A DNA stretch of 64,000 bases from Sphaeroforma arctica JP610. Lineage: Eukaryota. Below, piece by piece: positions 11,755 to 23,729 of the stretch. The notes beneath the pieces were generated by a model. The model was not told the origin of the DNA, ran no database searches, and was given only the letters and a program-made list of their open reading frames with translations. The position numbers and the translations under genes were made by a program. The stretch is taken from contig NW_014040144.1 in assembly GCF_001186125.1 (NCBI RefSeq), positions 7,785 to 71,784 on the forward strand, given 5' to 3'. How positions within the stretch are numbered: the first letter of the stretch is position 1; each line of letters starts with the position of its first letter.

Positions 11755-14700
11755 CGCTCTTCGTAATTTTAATGCACCATACTAGCCAAAGGCATACAAT
11801 ACACACCTAATAATACTGGTTCCACCATCAGGGCACCCACATCGCCCCGTGTGTTGCGATCGGCGTGTGCTTGGTCTAGCATGTCAGTAATATGGGTGGT
11901 ATACTGCTTGTACAATGGTGTGTTGTCTCTGTCCAGACTGAACACATCCTCTCTTGCCTTGATGGCAACAGTGGCATCATCAGCCCTGTGTGTGTAGACG
12001 ATGATATAGTCAAGTTTAAAGAACCACTATAGGCTTAGATATGTATGTATGTCTGTATGTATGTGTGTGTTATCGAGGAGACGGCCGAATGTAGCCTAAT
12101 ACTATACCTATATATATATATATATATGCAATATAATATATATAGATACGTGTGTTTGCTAACGATGAAATGGTCATGTCTAGGGAAATACTGTATTGAT
12201 AGACCTAGATATATGTGTATGAAAGTGTAACTATATGTTTGGAAAACGTTCTACATATGCATGTATACGAACAAGTACATGTCGAACACCACTCGAAAGT
12301 TAGCATGCTGGATATGAGGACTTAATCCACAAGACAGGGGTTGCTATTACTGAAGTATAAGTATGCATATGTATACACGTGTCGTTTATTCATAGGTACA
12401 TACATACATGTACACTTACCCCGATATACTTTTCATAGCGTTATGTGGTATCTCCCCTTCACACGCTTGATAGTGGGAGTGTCTACACTGATCAGCTTGT
12501 ACTCAATTGTATTAGAATGCACATACATACACGTGTAGCCATATGTATATATACGTGTGTATTCTATATACATGTACACTTACCCAGATATACTTTTCGG
12601 TAGGGTTACATGGTACTTCCCATTCACACACTCGATAGTGGGAGTGTCCACACTCAGCGCCTTGCACTCAAACCAGGGGTGCTGGCCTTCAGTAAACACG
12701 GAAGGTTCGGCAACGTTCATTACTCCAAGTGTATCACCATGGTAACAGTTGGACTGCGCCATTATGCGAAGCTTGGGGATGGTCTGCGAGGTGATAATAC
12801 CAGATATCTACTTGTCAATACGAATGATATATATATATATATCTCTCTCTCTCATTAGCAGTATGCCTTCGCATATACACCTATCAATGTTGATTATATA
12901 TTATAAATTTTCTTGTACCAGATACATTCAGACGTTACCACTGCTATTTACACATGATATATATATATATATATATGTTTATATATATCTATATCGATAT
13001 GTATATATATATATATGTATATATAATTATTCTTAACAAACAAACCACTGATATCTCGCATACAAAACACAAAAGAACGTATTTACTCCGTACTTAAACT
13101 AGATATGCAAACACACCTTTGTATCGAATTCTGCATTTTTCTGCGTGGCTGTGCTGATGTACTTCTTGAAAGCCATCTTCACAGCGACCTCCACCGCCGT
13201 TGACCCGTTGTCTGTGAAGAACACACGCTCGCCCCACTTGCCACCCACCGCCTACAGAATATACAACAATAAAACTTTAATCAATGAAGTGTCGTTAATT
13301 GCGAACGAATTGCCATGGATTACAAGAACACACGCTCGCCCCACGAGCCACTCACGGCATATAGAGTATATACAACAAGGTTAGAAATCGCAAATTGATA
13401 AAGTGTCGTAAATTCCACACGCAAAGTTGTTGTAAGTAACAACATGCGTTCGCCCATACGTCGTTCACGGCCTACTGAGCGTTAAACAGAAAAAGATGTC
13501 TGTAATCACATATGCGTCATAAAATACGGAACAAATTGCCACGGTTTTAGTAGAACAACCACCACCGCCACCCACGGCCTAAATCATACAACAATTGAAC
13601 ACATGTCGTAAATTATAATAGATTTCATGACCTGTCAATGAAGTGTCGTTGACTGTGGTGAATATGCGCTCACCCCAAGCGTTACCGTAAGGCTACCATA
13701 TGCACAATGAGGATGTATGTAATAACCAATAGGTATCGCAGACATTAAACAGAGCGTGCTTGCTTAATGACCACTAATTGGTGTCGATTGGTAGCTCACA
13801 CATAAAACAGAGCATGCTTGCTTAATGAACACTAATTGGTGTCGATTGGTAGCTCACACATTAAACAGAGCATGCTTGCTTAATGACCACTAATTGGTGT
13901 CGATTGGTAGCTCACACATTAAACAGAGCGTGCTTGCTTAATGAACACTAATTGGTGTCGATTGGTAGCGCACACATTAAACAGAGCATGCTTGCTTAAT
14001 GACCACTAATTGGTGTCGATTGGTAGCTCACACATTAAACAGAGCGTGCTTGCTTAATGAACACTAATTGGTGTCGATTGGTAGCGCACACATTAAACAG
14101 AGCATGCTTGCTTAATGACCACTAATTGGTGTCGATTGGTATCGCACACATTAACAAGCATGCTTGCTTAATGACAACTAATTGGTGTCGATTGGTATCG
14201 CACACATTAAACAGAGTATGCTTGCTTCGAGAAGACGAAGAAGAATGTCGATCAAATCCAAGCGCTACACACGGCCAATTTGTTGTGTATAGTGAGATCT
14301 CCCAAGACAGGGTACATTGCAGGACTACTACAGGTATCTCTGTACGGCCCAGTGTTCTATTTATAGACTTTGAATCTTACCTTGAGAATCTCTTCGGAAG
14401 CCTGCACCGCCAGGGTGTGCACATTCTCGGGGAAGATGACGTGGCCGTACCTACCGGCGGCATAGGCGAGACTGGTTGCCATGGAAACGTTTCCGTGACC
14501 AACTCCCTGGGTCCACCAACTAGCGCAACTGTCGAACAACGGCACCACATCCCCTGTAGTAAACGTGTTATGGCCAACAAGACTAGTGGTAAGCGCGTAC
14601 TCAAAAGTGTGCAAAGACAATAGTACAGTACTGCCGTGATGGTATACCGTGGGTTGTTCCGGTATTCCCATCCAACCCAGCCCGTGCACACACCTGGCGC

Positions 14701-17700
14701 TGTGCGCTCACCTGGCGCTGTGCGCTCACCCACTGCCGAGTGCCACTTATTCCAACAACCGCCTCACACTACGCTCAGATATGTATCTTATATTACATAC
14801 GTTCCGGTCATCTCAGCCACAAGGAAGTTGTCATCACATGCAAAGCCAAACAGAGGTTATAGCGGGCACACCCTTCGCAGCGCTCAGCCGTAAAACCCTG
14901 AACCCCAGACGCTCACACAGTAGCAAGTGCCACACAACCCCAAAACTAGCTCACACTATAAACAGGCATAACAAAACACAAACACGCCGGGCATATTTCA
15001 ATATGTCTATACACACTGTGTTCTTCCTCTCAACCACACCGGAGTGGTCATCCAGCACCGAGTCGATAGTAACTTGGAGTACCTCTACTTCCCACCCACA
15101 CCACACACATTAGCGTCACATATCACGCAGTCAACAAACAACCAGCCCAGGCCGCCTTACAACCACAAACAAGACAGTCCTCAAAGCCTATACATTCTCG
15201 CTATACATATCCAGTATACATACCGTTCTTCTCTACCACACCTAGCGCTCACACGGTGTCAGATATACCACGTGGCCCAACAACCAGCCCATGCTATAAC
15301 TAAACTTCATACATCCCCTCCCATACGCTATACACATTCTCGATTTTAGAGATTTTAGTGTTTAACCTATTCCATAGACCCTAAAATCTTACATCCCCTA
15401 TACTCTATACACATTCTAGAATTTTTAGAGGTTTTAGGGTTTTAGCCTACACAATAAACTTTAAAACCCTACCCCATACATCCCCTATACCCTACACACG
15501 TTCTGCTCACATCCCACACCCACCGTTCTTTTCCACCACATGGAAGTCATCGTCCAGTGCCGAGTCGATGTGCGTCACAGGCGACCCGTCCGTGCCCCCC
15601 ACACTCTGGTGCTGTGTGAACGGCCACCACAGCACCCCTTCACCACGCGACTGCAGTGACGTCACCTCGCGCACGTGGTCGGCCTGCCACGCGCACACCG
15701 TCCGGTACAGTGAATCGAACATTGCCTCGTGCTCGGGTGTGGCGTACCACGAGGACAGATCAGTCACTTCGGGCGGGGGGATCTCTGGGAGCCTGGATTA
15801 CGGTATAAGATGTTATTTTATTTTCTTCCAGTATTTAAAATAAGGTAAATATTACATGAACGATAGCGTTAAAAGTTTTATACGTTTATTTATAGGTGCA
15901 TACATGACCGACCACGTTAAACGTTTTGGGTACTCATTGAGCTGGATCTGAATGTGCAATACATGTCTCAGAGGATGCAGCTATTGATTTGAAACTAAAA
16001 AGAGTTGCGTAGTGTTTATATCTCATTCGTAGACATAGAGTGCTGGGTACGAAATATCGAACATAGCACAGAAGGCGAGTGGGGTATGCCAGGAGAAACG
16101 ACTGCACACGTCTGGGGGATAGCACAAGGGTATATAGGTTAAGTGTGTTCTGTATAGCGACAGATGAGCCGTTAATGTTACTGTTGTTAGCAACAAAAGG
16201 ATATACGTATGGCAATTGATAGCGTTAAAGGGGACGATTAAAGGATGCAATCGGTAATGGTGAGCGCCAAATACAGATACGTAAAAATGTGTGTGTATGG
16301 ACTTTGCGTGTGTTGTTCTCAGAGAGTTAAGGATAATTTGTATAGGTTTATCAGACATCGACGTTCCAAACACGAATCCGTTTGAACACAACACTGATAC
16401 ACAGAAAGCTCACTTCTTCTGTCATCAACATAAGCCGAGTGTATCACACTCTCTCGTTGAAAGTGCACCGACTGGTCACAAACTTTATAACTATATATAT
16501 GTATGGTATCGCTGTTGTGAAGGTCAATCCCATCTCTTACTATAAGCACAATACCATCAAGCAAACCATCTCACGTACCCATCTTAAACGCCTTGCTCAG
16601 CCGACAAGGCTATAAGAGACACATCACCACTTAACGGCGGGAGTGCTGTGTATACCTACCGCACAATCTCTGTAGGTGCATCGCCAATCAATACACGTAC
16701 ATTGTTTATATACAGATAAAGCCTTTCATATACGTCTAATCTCACTACACAGAACATTTTATCAATATATCGTGAACTCGAATATCTGGGGACTGTTTGC
16801 CACTCGGAAGTGTGTGTGATAGGTATATATCCCTCGTCATGTCTGTGAGTGCTTCACATATTCTATACATCCTCTCAGAAACATACATTGACAATATATT
16901 AGTCCTGACTAACGACCCTTAAAGTCATTCATACCTCTCAGAAACATACATTGGCATCATACTAATCCTAACTACCAACCCCTAAAGTCATACATACCTC
17001 TCAGAACCATACATTGACAATACACTAACCTTAACTACCAGCCCCTAAAGTCATGCATACCTGACAATGTTCAGAGGCTGGGTGCCACTCAGCGGCGTGT
17101 GTGCTGGGTAGACGTCCCGCATTATCTCAGTGAGTGCATCGGAATTGGTGGTGTCGTCTAGCACGGCCAATGCAACCACATCGTATCCTGAAATATATTT
17201 TAAATTGTTCTAAATTACACGATGCGAATTTTATATTAATCGAGACATAAGATTGGGTATTCGATTTTTGCGGCTGGAGAGTGTGGTCCATATATGCCCA
17301 GCAGTGAAGCAACTGTGATCAGTGCTTGTGTGTGGAAACGTGTGTGTGTTATAGACATGCATAGACGACAGAGCACAACGTGTTTTATACTCAGAACTAC
17401 CAATGCGCTCATATCCTCCCACAAGTACACACTTTCGGCGTCCTAGCAATTCATAAGCTGGTAGATAATCCTTCACTAGAGAAGATACATGCCAGCCATA
17501 TATGGCCAACCAGCATGAGGGCTAACGATGTGATCTGTAGACTACATATACACATACATAAAACAACTACATATACCAGTACAATTATTAGCTAAATGTA
17601 CAAATATATATATATATATATAATATACCATGTATATAGATGTAGATACGTATGTGCTTATAAATAGAAAAATAGCAATATATATATATATATACCTCTC

Positions 17701-20078
17701 ACAATCAGCGATTCATACGCAGAGAGTGTTGATGAGATACCCCCGAGCTTTGGGTCGCCTATCAAGACAACTGGCAGTCGCAAAGGTCTGTAGACGTCTG
17801 CCTGTGGTCTGATGGTGGCTGAAGGTGACAGCACTCCCCCGGCTGTCTCAACCAGAGTCATGGAAGACAGTTCGGTATCTGCGTCCATGGAAGTGTTAAC
17901 ACATACAATTAGTGTATACTCTACACTGGTAAAGATAAGGGTCTCGGCAGGGTTAAGCTTTACAATCAGGTAAGTATCTGCGACCATGGAATTATTAACA
18001 CATACAGTTAGTGTATACTCGTAACGATAAGTCTCTCAGAGGTGAGAGGGCTATTTTGCCGCAGTCACGTGTCACTCAAGCGTTCGCACGATCATAATTT
18101 GCATTTAAAGCAATTGTTAGTCTAAGTTGAGATGAGCTGGTACATTACCATGTCGACCTGTTTGAGTGTACACGTGGATACAGTATAACACTTACGTCTA
18201 ATAGCAATGCTCGAAGAAGGCTAGCTATCATGTACTGCTCAGTCTATACATCACTTACCCGAACCACTGATTTTGGCGGGCTGTTCCCGTAACCATGGCA
18301 ACGCGGCCAGCGCAGACTTCACACCAGTAATTACATCGTTATCTGCGATCACTCTGTTCTCGGCCCTGGCGGAGATGTGAGGAGACGCGGGGATGTCCCA
18401 GAAATGGAGTGTTTTCCGGTGCACTTGACCCAATTGACTGGGAACTGGTACCGAACAAATCAGGGTAGATAGGGAGTCGATAAATAAACGTTAACAGATC
18501 ATATATATAGTATTCCCAATGCTCCAGAAATGAAGTGTGTCCCGGTGCACTTGCCCCAATTGATTGGGAACTGGTACCAAGCAAATCAGGGTAGATAGGG
18601 AGTCGATGAACGTAAATAAATTATGTATTTGGTATTCCCCATGCTCCGGAAATAAAGTGCTTTCCGGTGCACCCGACCCAATTGACTGGGATCTGTTCCG
18701 AGATATATCACGATTGATATGGAGTGGATGAATAAACGTTAACAGGTTAAATATATAGTATTCCCAATGCTCCAGAAAAGGAGTGTGTTCCGGTACACTT
18801 GATCCGATTGACTGAGAACTGATGCGAGATAAAGTGAACGAAATAAGGTTAGGTATACGGTAACGGAATATGGTTAGGTATGTGCGGTCGATGTAATGAT
18901 ACATACCTGATGTATACATAATCCCTTCTGTTCAAAAAGAAAACAAAGGATTGTTTTACGGTGCACTTGTCCAATACTTGTCCAAATTGACTTGCCAACT
19001 GGCGTGAGATGAGTAGAACATCTGTGGTTGAAGTATCCAATTGATCGTGTGAATGATATATCTGCACGTGTGTGCTGTGCGGCACTCGGGGAAATCTGCG
19101 CCCAAGTGTGCCATATGTGTGTGGGTGTTATTTGAGTGTATGTTTATGCGATAGAATGCTATATATAGTCGCTATAACACCTGCGCGATATATGTACAGG
19201 TTATTTCAGACTGCACGTATGTGCACATCTTAGAATACTCGCACAGGAATAGACGTGTAGGTAAATGAAGTTGGTTCTGATGCCCATGTACACTTCACAG
19301 CTAACAGCGCGTCCCTGTCTGTTTGCCCATGGGTGGTGTATGGTGTGCGGCTTATGGGTTGAACTGCGCCCTGGCATCCACAGATATCTACGTCTCTATA
19401 GAACTCTCTATATATATTTGTATCTTGAAGTGCATATATACCATGGCTGTAGAGCCATCAATATATATATATATATATCATTTTTAGCGATTGAAGCTCG
19501 CCATGCATTTTGTTAGGCTGTGCTGCACTCGGACGAATCTATGTTTTGTACACAACACATCTCTACTAATAAGCTATACGTCCGTATACATATTTATACG
19601 CCTGGGTGTATACATACACGTTAAAGATCATGCAATAGATAGATACAAACACGCGTCTTTATCAAACAGACAACTAATTCTCAGCTATGTCTCGTTATTC
19701 ATAGTGCCTGTTTGCAACTGCCTATGTGCTAAAAGAACACGCCTGTGTCGCAATTTTTTATACACATATATCAATCCTTAAGTAACCTTAGCCCATAAGC
19801 ATGTATCTACACATGCATACACATACACACACACCATGCTCAGCAATGAATGTTTCGTCATGTATACTATCCAGCTGTAAAGGCCTAGCCTATGCTGTTT
19901 GGTAATAAGACACACCTGTACTATTTCAAACAATATCATATACCGATACAAAACAAATCCGAAACCTTGAACATGCATCTCAGCACATATCTACAGATAC
20001 AATTAACATATCTACAGATACAAATACATATACACACATATTCTTATATATACAAACACAGATATAAATATATATACA

Positions 20079-20115
<37 letters not shown>

Positions 20116-20323
20116 GTATATATACACACATATACATGCATACACACATACCATTCTCAGCAATGAATGTTTCGTCATGTATACTGCCCGTCTGCAAGGG
20201 CTTGACATATGCTGTGCGGCATTCGGACAGGTTTGTGCCGTTCTTTGCCTTCGCTCTCAAATGGGCTCTCAGCAGTCCCGCGGAGACGATTGTTTTACCC
20301 ACATCAGTATTCGCCCCGTAAAT
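9108..20323 (-). CDS. bioDA: Bifunctional dethiobiotin synthetase / 7,8-diaminopelargonic acid aminotransferase (BioD-BioA fusion, BIO3-BIO1 type); start exon unresolved upstream of 20323
   Basis: Phase-compatible GT-AG exons 20323-20152, 18444-18259, 17878-17696, 17187-17061, 15792-15524, 14553-14381, 13251-13117, 12807-12584, 11985-11807, 11354-11169, 10941-10825, 10474-10352, 9337-9108. BioD motifs: IYGANTDVGKT, YVKPLQTG, ASPHISA, LVETAGGVLSP, GDPKLGGISSTLSAYESL. BioA motifs: LWWPFTQH, DSCASWWTQG, FFTDNGSTAVEVAVKMA, CYHGDTLG, IFDEVFAGFWRLG, CYAKLLTGG, LLHGHSYTAHP, ARPLGNVVY. Confidence 0.96.
9654..9862. repeat. Intronic tandem repeat, ~3 copies of ~64 bp
   Basis: tgtatcgta...gaagcattg/agcag...ttattacg...aattgtg...tagtccatg recurs three times. 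Confidence 0.85.
13742..14226. repeat. Intronic minisatellite, ~8.5 copies of 58 bp
   Basis: cacattaaacagagcatgcttgcttaatgaccactaattggtgtcgattggtagctca repeated with period 58. Confidence 0.96.
18430..18830. repeat. Tandem ~125 bp repeats comprising a bioDA acceptor site and exon start
   Basis: ccggtgcactt..ccaattgactgggaactg recurs near 18416, 18542, 18664 and 18790. Confidence 0.9.
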
Positions 20324-22931
20324 CTGTGCGTGTGTATCACAGATGAGAATCAGTAGTGTATAGATAGAGTGGAAGTGGGACGGACTGATACCATTCAATT
20401 TATAATTTATATCCGTCTCAGCCATGTAAAATCAATGTGTTCACGTAGCCGATGGTAACTAGTAATGTATAAATAGAGTGGAAGATATTAGCTCTGGATT
20501 TCAGGGCGCTTATAAAGCGGATGGTACTTGACAATTCGTTAACGGCACGAATGAGAAACGGTAGCACTACTGCTGTAAGTCATATAACGTATACACAGAA
20601 GCGTAGTTGTACAACCTCCGAGTAGTAGATGTTGGGTACTCAAGACACTGTACATGCTACCCCCGGCGTGGTAAATACATTCAAACATGCCATTTATAAC
20701 TTTACCAGTATGGACTATATATATATATCAAAAATAAACATGGCAAAACAAGCCTTGAGATAACTTTCGCGTGTCCTTATACACAGGTATGCTATTCATA
20801 CACACATCACGAACGGGTATCAGACTTGCAGCGATTGCACAGTAATCCCAGCCACACAGGCATACATATTGACTGTGATTACACATTTGTGCGTATCCTA
20901 GTAGTTGAAATCGCGCATAGCGTCAAACGTACAAAGAGTGAAAACTGGTTTCGGCTTTCTGGACCATAGTCTTGTACTAAATCAACACCACATAGACAAC
21001 CACAAGCGCCATGTGTATGGCATTGACACCATATATGGTATCTCGATCAAGTCGGAGATTTTCACACCGAATCCATTTACTATTCGCACATCTGCCAATT
21101 ATAAAAGGTTTACAGATAAAATACTTCGCCGTCGCCAATTGCTACTATAGTACGTGCAAATGTACACCACAGCCTACAGAGCGAACTCGCAGATGTCTGA
21201 CTTACGACTTAAAGACAACAGATGAATACTTTCTGTTTTCAAGAAAAACAGATGAATAGGCACAAAAATCTTGCAATTGTTGCTATGTGTCTGGAAATTA
21301 ACAACAAGTCCCGCCACCTTCTCTATTAGGTATGGATTGTATAATAATATACTCTGCACTATGCATAGACACAGAGTGAACGATAAATGTTTACCCCATA
21401 TCATACGTATCCGATGTAGTTAGCCTTATTAGTGGTCTATTACTATCAACCTTCAGAATGACTCACAAGTAGCAGTGAAAGAATTACCCGAGCATGGACA
21501 TACCTGGAACGTAGGGTTGTGGATGTTTAGGTGGTCGCCTGCTGCATGTGTTTGGGATGACCTTGAACTCAACCGCAACACTCGAGCTGCTCTCTGGCCG
21601 TTTGATCGGAGCATTTTGACCCGTATCTGTGAAATGTGTCAAAGTAGCTCGCTACCTATGTGTTTGGCTAATATGTAGCGTATAGTGATATACTATAACG
21701 TATTTATAAATAGGTATTCTCAAACTAGCGTATTCGGGATATATGTATACTAAATATAGCCAGCAGTAGTAAACACTGTCCGTCCGTCTATTTTATTTTT
21801 TTAATTGTGTTATATATTTACAGCAGAACCCAAGAGTCCTAAATACACACAACCCTACCCAGAGCATGTGAATGCCCAGATGACCTGAAGATTCTAGTGG
21901 GGGTGAAAATGACATTTCTATATTATGGACTTTTTTTTAACCTGTGACTGTCCGACTTTTAGTTTCAGACTTCAGAAATCAGAATAGGTACATATAATGC
22001 ATTTGAGCTACTTGGAGTCATGTACCCAACGTTTCGTAGATAAATTTTAGAAAACGTAAATTTACGTTTTGTTCTGGGGGTTAGTAATTCCGTCATTGCC
22101 GCCAAAACTGACAGTGACCGGTGCAGACTGCAGAGTGCAGAGATGCAGACTGCCGTCGGACTGCGGAGTTGCACTGTGGCAGTCGTATTGTTGTACAGAG
22201 TTCCGGCAGAAAGCAGACTACAGTGAGTGCAGCACTGCAGAACTGCAGACAGGACTACACAGTTTTGAATGGTAACACGTCGGAAGTACTCAACGAAGAT
22301 TTTTTATTGGTTTACACTACGATAAAATACATTTTCATTGGTTTAAAAGTTAAATTGCTATCGCCATTTTCCACCCGACGAACGGGAAGATTAATAGATT
22401 ATCATTAGAGTCACATTATGTACACACGGGAATTCTTTTGTGATGAAAAAAAAAATTTTCTCGGTATGAAGAGCGCTTTCTAAAAAGAAAAATAAATAGA
22501 CAACACAAGAAGTACTATAGTGGTTTTTTTAAAATAAAATAAAAGCGTTCAGATAACCTTAGCAGAACTATTTATTCAGTAGAGACTCTGACAGTCTTTC
22601 AGTCGTCTCAAGTCCTCAGACCTGAGACCTCATTCCTCAGACAGTGTGAGTGTCCAATCCAGACTTTGCTACACGGCACATAGTTTTGGTTAGCCAATAA
22701 GAATTGGTGTACAATGTGACCACTTTTATTTTTGATGACAAATATTCTGTCAACAAAAGAGGTGTTTACATTGCGTTCATATATGTAAAATTATAAATAA
22801 GTATACAGTATATCTCTCGACTTACTTCTTGTATGCCGGAGTGTATAAACTATAAATCCGCCTAGTATAGTCACAGCGATTGGTTTGTATATCTGTACTA
22901 TACACTCATACCTGTGTTTTACAATAGATAT

Positions 22932-23300
22932 ATGTTGCCCACAATAAGAGCAAGCATATATTCAAGTTCCAGGATAGGTAGCAAGCATTCTAGAAGAAGC
23001 CCAAGGCCAGAGTCAAGAACTACTGTGTTGTGTAAAGGGTCGTCTGCGGCTTTCTGTGCAGACTATTTAGGGATTAGAAATCTACATACTATGCCAGATA
23101 AGATCATACAAGAGGGAGGAAAGGATGCTCCGAATGAAATCGATGGAACATATGATCTCAGCTTGGTCCTGGAAGGTTTGCTTCTTCATATGACTGACTG
23201 TTACCTGTCAACGCAGAGAAGTTTATATATACATATATATATATATATATATTTACAAGTTTACGTATATTTACGCACACACACGTGTATATACACACAC

Positions 23301-23379
<79 letters not shown>

Positions 23380-23694
23380 TATATATATATTATATATTAT
23401 ATATATGGTGTGTGTGTGTGTGTACATATATATATATATGTAGATGTAGATGTATGTTTAGATTGATATATATGTGTTGTTTATGCGTGTGTGTGTGTGA
23501 TTGTGTTTCATGTGCATGTGTGTGTTTGTGTTTTATGTGTGAGTGAGTGTACATTTTGATGTATGTATGCATGTTTATGTGCTTGCGTGTGTCAATACGT
23601 CGTGACTGTTTGCGCGTTTGCAAGCATGTTTTGTGTGTATGTAGATCTTATAGAGAAGACCATACCTATATACCGAAGACTGTTTGTATATAGG

Positions 23695-23729
<35 letters not shown>

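Noticed and set aside
13742..14226. Regular repeat arrays that resemble CRISPR (also 4927-5410, 24770-25095, 54980-55556)
   Set aside because: Units are contiguous with no unique spacers, there are no cas genes, and the context is eukaryotic.
20326..20425. ATG at 20425 as the bioDA start
   Set aside because: A good acceptor (cacgcacag) lies right before IYGANTD and the upstream peptide is not BioD-like, so the start cannot be fixed without transcripts.
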